From a virus (Duplodnaviria; Caudoviricetes), in the IMG/VR virus record IMGVR_UViG_3300028610_002655, positions 1 through 51,665 of that record: 51,665 bases of DNA; one strand, written 5' to 3'. This document shows, piece by piece, positions 9,697-19,804 of this stretch. The position numbers and the translations under genes are program-made. A model generated the notes under the pieces. It did not search any database and had not been told where the DNA came from. It saw nothing but the letters and a program-made list of their open reading frames with translations. Position 1 is the first letter of the stretch; each line of letters begins with the position of its first letter.

Positions 9697-10794
9697 CTAC
9701 GCTGGTGTATCAAATGGAACAGTCATTCCAAAGTCTCTAGTTAATTTGGTTAACTGCTCCTTTACTGCAATATACTGATTGAAATCTAATTTCTTGACAA
9801 CTTCACCGTCTCTTTCCTCATCATAGTATCTTCTCATAATTACTGGTCCTTGACCTAATCTTAGTGCATTTGCCTTGTTGATTGCAAACATTACATCATC
9901 GTTTGTAATCATTGGATCAACTACTGCAGTAATTCCAGGAATTCCTGGAAATTGTACTACACCACCAGATGGCAATCTCATTGGAGCTAATCCAGATGGA
10001 CCACTGTTTTCAGTCCAAGTGTTTGATGTGTAATTAGCATACATTGTAGGAGACATTGCTACATGATCTATTGATACATCATTAGTAATCAAGAATGATT
10101 TGAACAAGTCCAAGAGATCATTACCTGTGTTATTAGTGGAATGGAAATTAGCTCCAATATCTGCAGGAGATCCTAACTGAACCTGAGTGTTTGCAATCTT
10201 TGTTAATTGGTTGATGCCTTCTTGGTTTCGTCTTCGCTTCATACCCCAATCTATCTGTGATTGGTCAATCTGTTGTGGATTGATGATAGTTCTAATCATA
10301 TCCTCAATTGGATTGTAAGTCTTACCAGTTAGTTTCTTTAAATCATATTCAATTTCATCATAGTTAGTTGTAGTTGATCTTGATTCCTCCATTCTATCAA
10401 GATATTCAACATCTTGAGTGGTGTCATAGAAAGTCTCTCGGAATTCTAACTGAGGAATGTCTCTGTGTATATACATTGCATCAATGTGGAAATACACATC
10501 AGGAACTCCTTGAGCTGCTTCAAATAATCTGATTAACTGCAAGTGTGTAATGTTTTCTGAATTTGCTATAGTAGTAGCTGCTGCAAGTGACAAATTCTCA
10601 TTAACAATTCTTGAAAACAATGCAGATGTCTTATCATGCATCGGCATTACCTTACCAGCTAGACCTTGTTTTTCTGGTTTTCGTAGTTTAGCATAAAGTT
10701 TCTGATTCTCTGGTATAGAGTTTTTGTGCTCACCTGTGTAAACTCTTCCGTCAGGAAGTACGGTAATGGCACCGTGATAACTATCGCCTTTCAT
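9697..10794 (-). CDS. Major capsid protein (HK97 fold inferred)
   Basis: 365 aa; last gene of the portal-protease-decoration-capsid series; HVAMSPTMY and PGIPGITAVVDP motifs. Confidence 0.8.
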   Translation of the reverse strand: MKGDSYHGAITVLPDGRVYTGEHKNSIPENQKLYAKLRKPEKQGLAGKVMPMHDKTSALFSRIVNENLSLAAATTIANSENITHLQLIRLFEAAQGVPDVYFHIDAMYIHRDIPQLEFRETFYDTTQDVEYLDRMEESRSTTTNYDEIEYDLKKLTGKTYNPIEDMIRTIINPQQIDQSQIDWGMKRRRNQEGINQLTKIANTQVQLGSPADIGANFHSTNNTGNDLLDLFKSFLITNDVSIDHVAMSPTMYANYTSNTWTENSGPSGLAPMRLPSGGVVQFPGIPGITAVVDPMITNDDVMFAINKANALRLGQGPVIMRRYYDEERDGEVVKKLDFNQYIAVKEQLTKLTRDFGMTVPFDTPA

Positions 10795-11249
10795 TAGGCT
10801 TGCACCGTCTCCACTACTATTTTGTCGCCAGATACTGAAACTATTTTCTTTGTTGAATCTGTATTTCTAGTATAAATCTCAAAAACTTTACCGATGTATA
10901 GATCACTAGTCTTAGCCCCTGTTACAATGTTAGTTGTATTTGCAACAACAATGACATCTTCACCTGGCACTAATGAACCAACTGTATCGTTAAAGATCAT
11001 TCTAGTTCGTGGACCTAAACACTGAACTTTATCATCATTTGCAACTACTGCTGCTAAAAGTGGTGTTGCTTTAGCCTGAAAAATTCCGTTATCTAATGTT
11101 GTAGATACAACAATTAATCTTCCTGCAGCATCTTTGGTGTAAACTACACCTTTTAAAATTACTAGAGTATCACTGATTGGTTCAGTTGTAGTGACTGAAT
11201 ATTGAGGATATGGCATATCACCTGCTACCATTGGGTTTAGATCAGCCAT
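10794..11249 (-). CDS. Capsid decoration/cement protein
   Basis: Small beta protein between scaffold and capsid; KGVVYTKDAAGRL pattern. Confidence 0.6.
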   Translation of the reverse strand: MADLNPMVAGDMPYPQYSVTTTEPISDTLVILKGVVYTKDAAGRLIVVSTTLDNGIFQAKATPLLAAVVANDDKVQCLGPRTRMIFNDTVGSLVPGEDVIVVANTTNIVTGAKTSDLYIGKVFEIYTRNTDSTKKIVSVSGDKIVVETVQA

Positions 11250-12886
11250 TATGCGCTGACCTCAGCAATTTGGTCAAAGGTTTTACCCTTTAGAGCAGTT
11301 ACATCTGAACCATTAAAAACAAAATTATCATTATCATCTGGAATAATAGATGCCTTCATACTTTTAATTTCAAATTTATTATCATCATATTTACTTAGAA
11401 TATCATCATAGGATTTTCCCTTTAGTGATGCGTGATATTCATTTACATCTTTTGCACCAAGACCGTTTTTGGATTTTAAAGCCACCAAATCTGTAATCAT
11501 TGAAGTTGACTCTTTAGCTTCTAATGCAGAAAGTCTTGCTTCTAGTTTTTCTTTTTCAGGGTCATGATTAGTTGCTTTCTTTGCTTTTCTCATTTCGTTA
11601 TGAACTTCCATAGCTGCCTTGAGGTCGTCTTTGTCATCGTCATTTGCCCTTAAACTGGCAACCATCTTTTCGCGTTCCTCATCTTCTACATTTGCAAATA
11701 GTTTTCCGTATCTACCTTTACGAGCTTCATGTGATTTTTCGTTGTTATCTTTATCTTCTTGAGCTTTAAGTTTAGCTTCAAGATCTTTTACTTTATCTTC
11801 TTGAGCTCTTAGGTTTTTTTCTAATTGTTCAGCATCAGGCATTGTATTCTGTTTTGCAGAGCACGAACAAGTCTTAAAAGAACTTTTAGCTTTTTTTCCT
11901 TTTGATTCTCCGCATTCAGAATATGCAATAGCTAAAGCTTGATCATCAATTTCAATTCCAGAATCTTTTTTCTCTTTGATTATTTTTTGAACACATGTAC
12001 TAGCTGATAACAAAATTAATTGTCCCTTGTGTTTATACAGTAATGGTACTTCTTGCAGATGAGAAATGTTTTCTTGATTTGCAATTGTAGTTTCAGCTGA
12101 CATACTAGCTGCCAATGCATGTCTGTAATTGACTTTGGATTTTTCTTTGGTTGGGTTTACTGGAGTGTCCTTTGGATTTGTTTTTCCAAACTCATGCAAA
12201 TCACAAAGATCTTCATATCTAATCTCACCTTTTACAAGCTTGCAAGTGTTATTTTCCACAAAGAATTTACAGTTCCCACACATTGGGGCATCTTCATATT
12301 TTGCTGAAAGTAATTTTACATCACAATCTTTTCCATCACACATTGTTTTGACAATTGCAGTGTCTTTACCATATGCAGGATTATTCTTCAAAAATGCGTG
12401 ATGAACAAACTTCCATGCATTAGTATCAATAATTGGCAGTCCTGCCCTTCCATGCCCTAATACTTTAACACCATACGCAAGAGGCCATATCAGTGGAGAT
12501 ACGTATTTTATCTCTCGTTTTTGTAGTTTTTGCCAAAATTCATCATTATTTACCTCATGAATTAGATCTACTGACTCTTTTTCTTCATTTAATACATAAT
12601 CAATAATCGTAGTCCGCTCAAATGGTTTTTGTTTGGCAACGTTTTCCTCAAATGTATCAGCCTCAACATGGTCCAAATCACACCCTTCTTTTCTGCACAC
12701 CTCATACTCTATTCCAGGAAATTGTAATGCAGTGTGAATATATTTTTTAATTGAATCCCATGTGGCTCTCCATTCGTTTTTGTTTCGCTCAGAGTTCATG
12801 CCAAAGGTTCTTACAAATTTTCCCTCTCGGCCTTTCCAGTTTGTTAAAAGATTTGTTGCTGGAATTTCCCTAGCTATTAGATACAT
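11249..12886 (-). CDS. Prohead protease-scaffold fusion with an internal HiPIP-like Cys cluster
   Basis: N-terminal protease-like region (RNKNEW...YVSP...HHAFLKNNPAYG); CxxC-x9-C-x12-C cluster; charged coiled-coil C-terminus. Confidence 0.75.
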   Translation of the reverse strand: MYLIAREIPATNLLTNWKGREGKFVRTFGMNSERNKNEWRATWDSIKKYIHTALQFPGIEYEVCRKEGCDLDHVEADTFEENVAKQKPFERTTIIDYVLNEEKESVDLIHEVNNDEFWQKLQKREIKYVSPLIWPLAYGVKVLGHGRAGLPIIDTNAWKFVHHAFLKNNPAYGKDTAIVKTMCDGKDCDVKLLSAKYEDAPMCGNCKFFVENNTCKLVKGEIRYEDLCDLHEFGKTNPKDTPVNPTKEKSKVNYRHALAASMSAETTIANQENISHLQEVPLLYKHKGQLILLSASTCVQKIIKEKKDSGIEIDDQALAIAYSECGESKGKKAKSSFKTCSCSAKQNTMPDAEQLEKNLRAQEDKVKDLEAKLKAQEDKDNNEKSHEARKGRYGKLFANVEDEEREKMVASLRANDDDKDDLKAAMEVHNEMRKAKKATNHDPEKEKLEARLSALEAKESTSMITDLVALKSKNGLGAKDVNEYHASLKGKSYDDILSKYDDNKFEIKSMKASIIPDDNDNFVFNGSDVTALKGKTFDQIAEVSA

Positions 12887-12931
12887 CTAAGAATTGGAAC
12901 TATTTTTATTCATAAAAGAAGAATCAGTTTA

Positions 12932-13162
12932 TCATTTTGATTTTGTTACAGGTTCTTCTTTTGGTAAAGTTGCAGGAGTTTTAATATTATTACTCACAAA
13001 CTTTGGATGTCTTTGTTTTCCTCTTTGAATAATTCTAGGAGAAGCATTTACATCACCTAATTTTTTTATTTCATTTTCAAGTTTGGCAATAGTGTTTGCT
13101 TGTTGATCTGCAGTTTTTTGCAGCTCTTCAATTTTTTTAGAACTATTATCATCTTTTCCCAT
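12932..13162 (-). CDS. Small coiled-coil protein
   Basis: Heptad pattern; late-promoter motif upstream. Confidence 0.6.
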   Translation of the reverse strand: MGKDDNSSKKIEELQKTADQQANTIAKLENEIKKLGDVNASPRIIQRGKQRHPKFVSNNIKTPATLPKEEPVTKSK

Positions 13163-13196
13163 GATGCTTTACAATTTGATAATAATATAAGAATAA

Positions 13197-14948
13197 TTAC
13201 AGTTTACCTTTTTTCATGGTTATCTTTTCTGTTCCAGACCCAATACTCATTTTGTTTTTTCCACCCCCTCCAGGAATTGTTTCAGCATCAGTCTCTACCA
13301 TTCCAGGATAATTAATTAATCCCATTAGTTTTCCATACTCTGCATCAGTTAGTTGCTTTCTTGAGTCAATCTCATTTACTGCCTCTACCTTATCAAACCA
13401 CTCTGCAATGTTTAGATCCTCAAACTTCATTATCACTCGGAATTTCTTTAATAATTCCTTATCATCTTTGTTCATTATTCTAAACCACTTGTCATATGAT
13501 TGCGGAGATACTGAACGGTTAATCCACTCCCTCATTGGATTAATTGTAGTAGCTATTGCTAGCTGTATCTTACCAATCATGGTAGCACGATTACTAGCTG
13601 ATTCATCATAAAACATTGCATGAGGCATACCAAGAGTTGCTGCACAATATTTTACAAGTGACTCATTCATGTTGATAAAAGAATCCACTTCTGGCTTGTA
13701 GTCAATATTATCAAAGCGTGTAAGGTTTGGATCTTTCATCAGAATGTTTGTAGTAGCTGGAACCATTCTTTGAGATACTAGATCATATTCCTCTTCTTTC
13801 TTTGATGCAGTAGAGCCTTCTGGTTTTATTGAGAGTAATCCCAATCCAGAGTATGCGTTCTCACCCATTGCGACAAAATTAACACCGATGTTAGTTCTTA
13901 GAACTCGCAGAGAATCAATCATTGGGAGCATAAATGAATCACCGTACCATGTGGAGTTGTACGTGTTAGCTGAAATCAATGGATTCCACAGATATATTGA
14001 ATCCTGAATGTCTACAAATCCATTAGAGTTATTCCATTGGAACTGCTCAAGGCGTGATGTAAATGGGTTAGTCTTTATCATGCCCATTTCGCGTGCATGT
14101 GCGTTTTGCATGGAGCTTGGAATGTCTCCATAGTTTTTCTCATCAATGCTTACTGGTTCATCATATCGAGATAAAATGGCAGATCGATTAAAGGTAATTG
14201 CATTTAGAACTAGTGATGCAATTTTATCCTGAAATGAGATATCAAGGTATCCATCTTTATCAAATGATAATTGATTTTCTATCTGAATTAGATCACGAAT
14301 AATATCATCATGAGAATCTATCTCTTTTTGATTCTCTACTGAATCCTCTCCTGGATTAATTAACTCTAATTCTGGTTTGAATCCCCTGCCAACTAGAAAC
14401 TTTACCATGGAGCGTAATAATGGACCACCAATGGTACTACGTGAATGAGCTTCAAATGTTATGTAATCAAGTGATTGTGCAGGATTTGAGAAATATCGTG
14501 GAAACCATCTCTGCTTTGTATTTCTTCTGTATGTAATTTCTGCAGCGGACAATGGAGTGCCAGTTTTTTCATCATTAACTACTAGGTGCATGTATGGCTT
14601 CCAATGATTAACTATATCCTCATCATACGCTGTCGCATCACCAAAAACTGCTGGCTCAAACTTGCTACGCTTTCCTCTTAATGGTCCAGCTGCTGCTGCA
14701 ATACGGTATTCTTTTTTCTTTGTATCGGGATTTATGATCTCCTCTTTGATTCCATCAAATCCTTCCCAAGAAATAACTGACTGTCCATTTTCTTTTTTCT
14801 TTGAGAACTTTACTTTGAGTGTTAGATGTCTTGCTCGCCACACTTTGGTTCTATTGATATCAAACTTTAATGCAATTTGAGAATCTGTAAACTGTGGATA
14901 TCGTAAAATGTATTTTGCAATATCATGTAAAGAAGATTTTTTGTTCAC
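13197..14948 (-). CDS. Portal protein with an N-terminal HTH-like extension
   Basis: 583 aa, downstream of terminase; WYGDSFML and CAATLGMPHAMFYDESASNRAT portal-type motifs. Confidence 0.8.
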   Translation of the reverse strand: MNKKSSLHDIAKYILRYPQFTDSQIALKFDINRTKVWRARHLTLKVKFSKKKENGQSVISWEGFDGIKEEIINPDTKKKEYRIAAAAGPLRGKRSKFEPAVFGDATAYDEDIVNHWKPYMHLVVNDEKTGTPLSAAEITYRRNTKQRWFPRYFSNPAQSLDYITFEAHSRSTIGGPLLRSMVKFLVGRGFKPELELINPGEDSVENQKEIDSHDDIIRDLIQIENQLSFDKDGYLDISFQDKIASLVLNAITFNRSAILSRYDEPVSIDEKNYGDIPSSMQNAHAREMGMIKTNPFTSRLEQFQWNNSNGFVDIQDSIYLWNPLISANTYNSTWYGDSFMLPMIDSLRVLRTNIGVNFVAMGENAYSGLGLLSIKPEGSTASKKEEEYDLVSQRMVPATTNILMKDPNLTRFDNIDYKPEVDSFINMNESLVKYCAATLGMPHAMFYDESASNRATMIGKIQLAIATTINPMREWINRSVSPQSYDKWFRIMNKDDKELLKKFRVIMKFEDLNIAEWFDKVEAVNEIDSRKQLTDAEYGKLMGLINYPGMVETDAETIPGGGGKNKMSIGSGTEKITMKKGKL

Positions 14949-15000
14949 AAACGTTCACGAACAATTAATGAACATTTCATAAAGGAATTATTATAAAAAA

Positions 15001-15204
15001 TTAAGATATTGCTCTTCCTGTAACAATTAGAACTAGTCTTTGAGATTTACCAGCACCAGTTACATTTACTATTTGAGTTGAGATAATATCCCATACTGCA
15101 TTTGGAAACAATGCTGCAACTCCATCTTGAAGGGAAGTATCTGAAACTGCAGTATAATCTGCAGTTATTGGAATTCTAACAAATTTAATATCTCCATCTG
15201 CCAT
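15001..15204 (-). CDS. Small hypothetical protein (likely start MADGDIK at 15204)
   Basis: Late-promoter motif sits 29 nt upstream of ATG 15204. Confidence 0.55.
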   Translation of the reverse strand: MADGDIKFVRIPITADYTAVSDTSLQDGVAALFPNAVWDIISTQIVNVTGAGKSQRLVLIVTGRAIS

Positions 15205-15241
15205 GATAAAAAATATTTTACATAACTTAAAGGAATTATAT

Positions 15242-15925
15242 CTAAATATCTCTAAACGACAAACCACGTTTGTTTAAAATTAGTTTGTAATCAGCCATGC
15301 TTCTAGGTTCTTTTTTTCTTACTGGACCAATTACAGTAATTCCACCTCCTAACTTGTTTATCATATACTCCATTGTAACATCTAATGATAGCATCCATGC
15401 ATGTAATAGATCATTGTGTTTTCCCTTGTGCTCAAACTTTATGGAACCATCAGGGTTTAGTAAAATTTGTTCATTAACTATTTGTTGCTTTAGTGTTCTG
15501 ATATTGTCTCGCTCCATGGGATTTTCTATTTTATTATGGTCTGGGAAATTATATCCATTATCTAAAAAATTCTTTGAGCTCTTGGCCATCTGCATTTTGG
15601 TTCCAGCCTCACCTTTGGTAAATGGAGTCTTTTTGATTCTGTCCTCACCGTATTTCTCCTCTAAAAAATCAGCTAGTGTCTTTTCATTTGTATAGTCAAT
15701 GTTAATTACTCTAAAATCCGCATACTTTGATAGTACTCCTTCTGTTAGCTCATCCCAGGTTGAGGAGTATTTTCCTTTTTGTAGTTTGATTAGTTTTAAC
15801 AGTAATGGCATCCAGGGTTTCTCTTCAGGGATATCTGCAGGTAATGCATGTACTGCTATTCCGAAATAATCTCCAACTATTGCTGGGTCCATTCCAATAA
15901 ATAACTCATCGTCTCTAGTATTCAA
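15242..15925 (-). CDS. terL: Terminase large subunit, nuclease (RNase H-fold) domain as a separate gene
   Basis: FIGMDPA...D, NIDYT and KHNDLLHAW acidic motifs. Confidence 0.85.
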   Translation of the reverse strand: MNTRDDELFIGMDPAIVGDYFGIAVHALPADIPEEKPWMPLLLKLIKLQKGKYSSTWDELTEGVLSKYADFRVINIDYTNEKTLADFLEEKYGEDRIKKTPFTKGEAGTKMQMAKSSKNFLDNGYNFPDHNKIENPMERDNIRTLKQQIVNEQILLNPDGSIKFEHKGKHNDLLHAWMLSLDVTMEYMINKLGGGITVIGPVRKKEPRSMADYKLILNKRGLSFRDI

Positions 15926-16959
15926 AATGAATCATATGCCTCAGTAGCTTCTGGTGATGTTTGATTAATGGAATCTTTGTCAAACCATGTTTGGTCAGTT
16001 GAATAAAAGTCAGCCAAATAATACATTCCAAATAATACTCCCAGTCTGCGCTTTTCTTTTTCTATGAATTCTGGTGTAATCATTCCACAATCAATTCCAA
16101 CCTGATACGTGTATTTTCTAACCAAAAATCCAGAGGGAGTTTGAATCTTTTTTCCTTCTTCTAATTCTATAGTTATACCGTCTTGCTTTAGTGAATCATC
16201 CTCATCTACAATATTGAATACTGGTCCTGATGGTCCTCTTGGTGGACACTCTATAACTAAAGAGCCATCAGTGTTTGCTAGTCTACTAAATGCACCACCA
16301 AATGCTTCTACAAATCGCTCTTCAGTCATATCAGCTAAAGTAACATCAGACATGTGAATATGACAAACTCGCTTAAATGAAATTAAAGATCCTGCAGATG
16401 TTATCCCTAAAGCCACAATTTTAGTTGGAGTACCTGGATTCTCGGGGTTCCTCAGATAAATGGTATCAATTTTTGAGCGTTCGTCTTTTAATAGTTCTTC
16501 TTCTGTTACTGCCCTGTCAATTAAAAAGTCAGCATAGATAGAACTACCTATCATCTTTTTTAGATCTTGGATATGTTCTCGAGCTTTTTCTTTTGATTGT
16601 GATATTATTAAAATCTCTTTTCCTCTTCCTCGAGTTAATGCTATATGAAGATCTTCAAGCAATATCATAGTTGAGAGACCAATTTTTTGAGACTTTAGAT
16701 ATAACCTATACTGAGATATCCATCTGTCAGCCCATGTCTGAATTTGATGGTCAGCTAATACTGTTACATATTCATTTGTTTTTTGATTAACAAAAAATCC
16801 TACATTTAAATAAAACTCATCTAGTTTATCAGGAATCTCTTCAACTGATTGTAAGGTTAGCTCACGTATCTGATTTTTCTTTCTATCCTCTATTTCCTGC
16901 AGTCTTTGCTCTTCATCAGTAAAGGGATAAAATGGTATTTTCTGAGTTATTAATTTCAT
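15922..16959 (-). CDS. terL: Terminase large subunit, ATPase domain as a separate gene
   Basis: LADHQ adenine motif; Walker A-like KSQKIGLST; ILIISQSKEKA; coupling-like ECPPRG. Confidence 0.82.
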   Translation of the reverse strand: MKLITQKIPFYPFTDEEQRLQEIEDRKKNQIRELTLQSVEEIPDKLDEFYLNVGFFVNQKTNEYVTVLADHQIQTWADRWISQYRLYLKSQKIGLSTMILLEDLHIALTRGRGKEILIISQSKEKAREHIQDLKKMIGSSIYADFLIDRAVTEEELLKDERSKIDTIYLRNPENPGTPTKIVALGITSAGSLISFKRVCHIHMSDVTLADMTEERFVEAFGGAFSRLANTDGSLVIECPPRGPSGPVFNIVDEDDSLKQDGITIELEEGKKIQTPSGFLVRKYTYQVGIDCGMITPEFIEKEKRRLGVLFGMYYLADFYSTDQTWFDKDSINQTSPEATEAYDSF

Positions 16960-17432
16960 TTTGATTCTAACTTTATCATTCCGTGTTTTGCAATTACGAG
17001 CTGAAGATCTTCCTGGTTTTTGATGATAGATCTAATATAATCATAAGCAGACGATAGATACACCTGCAGGTTTTGTATTCGCTCAAGTATTGCTGATTGC
17101 AAAAATGGTTTTGGTTCTTCTCTGTATTTTTTCCATTGTTCTGCCTCTATTGTTTCGAGTGTTTTAATTCTCATCATGTGCTGCTCAAATAACCCATTCT
17201 TTGAGGTTATTTTGTAGCCTTCCTCTATCATTTTATCGTTTAATGTTTTTTTAATTTCATAATATCTACTTGTTTCAACAGATTTGTAGTTGGATTTGAT
17301 ATATACCAGTGACTCTTTTTCAGATAGCTTCATTACAATACATCTAAGGGTTAGCTGTTCGAGCTCTACCTTGTTTTGTTCTCTCTTTGATGGAATGAGT
17401 TTAGTGGAATTTTTATCCGTTTTTTTTCCCAT
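16956..17432 (-). CDS. Putative terminase small subunit
   Basis: Helical 158-aa gene coupled directly upstream of TerL. Confidence 0.6.
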   Translation of the reverse strand: MGKKTDKNSTKLIPSKREQNKVELEQLTLRCIVMKLSEKESLVYIKSNYKSVETSRYYEIKKTLNDKMIEEGYKITSKNGLFEQHMMRIKTLETIEAEQWKKYREEPKPFLQSAILERIQNLQVYLSSAYDYIRSIIKNQEDLQLVIAKHGMIKLESK

Positions 17433-17465
17433 TAATTAAAAATGGGAATTAAAAGTATATTGGAA

Positions 17466-19694
17466 CTAATTACTATAATTTTTCTTTTGATCTAGTCTTT
17501 TTTGTAATAACTCTTCTTGTAATTTGAGTTTTTCACTCAAGTTCGCTTGTGCAATTTCAGATACTGATTTTCCATCATATTGATTTTGAAGATCATAAGA
17601 GTCAACTTGGTATGAGTGCTGGTTTACAGAATAGTCTCTTGTCATCGGTGTTAGTCTTTTTATCTCATCTGCTATCCTAATATCTAATTCTGCCTGTCTT
17701 TGTTCCTCAGACTTTGATAGATCATATGCAAATGTCTCATCTAATATACTAACTAGTTTACTTGCATCAAAGTGCAATATTGCTTTATCTTGTTCAGCAA
17801 TAATTAGACTAGAGAAAATAGAATTTTGTCTTGTCATTACAGATCCAGCTTTGTCAGGTTCTCGGATTGGTACTGGAATAGTATCTATTATTTTAAATGA
17901 TTTGTAATTATCACCAGTCCACAAGTAGCCGTATTCGTCTTGCCACATGTCAGTTTTATAATCTATTAGAGTTAATTCTACAATTCCTGCTCTTTGCGGA
18001 TAAAACGCGCCACCTTTTTCTGCAGTTATTGTATCTAATAATGGCTCATTTAATGATTTACCAACTACTAGAATACCATCATTCATAAAATTTACAATAC
18101 TGTTTCTAGAGATATCCATTGCGTTTATTGCCATTACGTTATACTTTGGTTGATCACGATAAATGTAATCCATTGAGACTGCTAAACAATCAGAAGTTGT
18201 GTAACCACACTCTACTATACTGGTAGTTACATTGGTAACATCAATGAGGGGATATTTTTCTACTTTTTCTATCTTTTCAACTTCACCTCCCTTTAGAGAT
18301 ATTGTAACTAGTGTTTGTGCCTCACTTAACGGAGCACCAATTTCAGGCATTCCAAAGCCAACTTGAAACCACTTTATATTATTTGGACCATTATTCTCAT
18401 ATGCTGTTAAGGTGAGATTATTTGTCTGGTTTGTCTCTACTGTGATTAATGGATACTCTGTGTGATAGTTAGTTACATCAGTGGCTATTCCATTAAATGA
18501 GAATCCATTATGTACGAGCTGTTTGTATTGTTTACTCTTTCCAAATGTTGGAGGAACACAGTCAGCACAGCTTCCACCTGATTTTTTCTTTTTTTGAAGT
18601 TCAGGAGTTAAAGAAGAAGGATCTATAAATGTAAACACACATTTAATTTCATCACCCTTAATAATATCAATTCTTTTGTGATGATTCACAGTCTCATCAT
18701 TCTTTTTACAAATTTCTGATTTCATCGCAAGTCCAGAGGGAAATTCTTTTAGATGTATGTCACCAAAGGCACTATGATGTATCTCAAATTTTTCACTACG
18801 TACTACATCATCAAAATGAATTGTGTTGTAGGTTAACAAGCTTGTATTAATACCATACACAGCATAAACAAATTTACCATCAATAGGTGAAATTATATCT
18901 ATTTCAAATGTTGGAAGATTATCTACCTCATTAAATGTAATTGTACATACGTTTAAAATCGTAGACTCATAAAAATAATTGTTAAGCATATTCAGAATGT
19001 TACCGTTTATATCTACACAAATTTGTGACGTTAACTCAAGTCCAGAGGGAAAAGATGTTATATCTACAGTAAAAAATTCTTCTGAAATATTAGTAGTTAT
19101 GTGAGTACCCTTTATCTGACTAGTAACATCGATTGTTCCCTCGACTACAAAAGCATTACCTATATCACCTACACCATATTTATATTCACCACTAATAGGT
19201 GAAATTATCCGAATTACTAATGGTGTAGGGACAACATCATTTACAACTTGATTTACAAATTCATCATGATCGCTAACAAGATCAAAATTACAGGTTATTG
19301 GAGCTTTAGTGGAAGGCGTATATGGAAAATCAATCTTATTCCCATTTTCCACATTACAAGAATAATTTAGTGAAGTTAATCCCAGATTAATTTCAACACT
19401 ATTAATATAAATCGGTTTGTCTAGTGAAGCATAAAATAAAGTCGATCCTTCGCGCGCATAATCACCAGTTGATTCATTAATGAGCATCATTCCATGTGGG
19501 GCTGCACCTAATAGAATCGTGAAACTCGAATTCGGTGGGATTGTTCCATAATTCATAAAAATTGGTACACTATCATCTGGATTTAACCCAGTTGATAGTT
19601 CAGCAAAAGCATCTGATATGCCAAAAGATGCCATAACCAAAATAAACAAGCTAAGCATCACTAATTTATTCAATAGTTTTTTTGTGATATACAA
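17466..19694 (-). CDS. Large secreted surface protein, thaumarchaeal type
   Basis: Signal peptide; internal repeats (IISPIxG...FPSGL...IC); GGSCADCVPPTFG motif recalled from Nitrosopumilus exported proteins. Confidence 0.65.
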   Translation of the reverse strand: MYITKKLLNKLVMLSLFILVMASFGISDAFAELSTGLNPDDSVPIFMNYGTIPPNSSFTILLGAAPHGMMLINESTGDYAREGSTLFYASLDKPIYINSVEINLGLTSLNYSCNVENGNKIDFPYTPSTKAPITCNFDLVSDHDEFVNQVVNDVVPTPLVIRIISPISGEYKYGVGDIGNAFVVEGTIDVTSQIKGTHITTNISEEFFTVDITSFPSGLELTSQICVDINGNILNMLNNYFYESTILNVCTITFNEVDNLPTFEIDIISPIDGKFVYAVYGINTSLLTYNTIHFDDVVRSEKFEIHHSAFGDIHLKEFPSGLAMKSEICKKNDETVNHHKRIDIIKGDEIKCVFTFIDPSSLTPELQKKKKSGGSCADCVPPTFGKSKQYKQLVHNGFSFNGIATDVTNYHTEYPLITVETNQTNNLTLTAYENNGPNNIKWFQVGFGMPEIGAPLSEAQTLVTISLKGGEVEKIEKVEKYPLIDVTNVTTSIVECGYTTSDCLAVSMDYIYRDQPKYNVMAINAMDISRNSIVNFMNDGILVVGKSLNEPLLDTITAEKGGAFYPQRAGIVELTLIDYKTDMWQDEYGYLWTGDNYKSFKIIDTIPVPIREPDKAGSVMTRQNSIFSSLIIAEQDKAILHFDASKLVSILDETFAYDLSKSEEQRQAELDIRIADEIKRLTPMTRDYSVNQHSYQVDSYDLQNQYDGKSVSEIAQANLSEKLKLQEELLQKRLDQKKNYSN

Positions 19695-19717
19695 GTATAT
19701 AAATCCATGATATCATA

Positions 19718-19804
19718 TTACAACAACGAGATCAGATAACCTACAAATATTCCGATTACAAATGATGCCACTAATCCAAGGGTTACAGTATTTTTGATGT
19801 TCAT
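19718..19804 (-). CDS. 28-aa single-TM microprotein
   Basis: MNIKNTVTLGLVASFVIGIFVGYLISLL; ATGA-coupled to the upstream ORF. Confidence 0.5.
   Translation of the reverse strand: MNIKNTVTLGLVASFVIGIFVGYLISLL

Noticed and set aside
13149-13166. Self-target of guide unit 1
   Set aside because: Only about 12/18 matches; not meaningful in AT-rich DNA.
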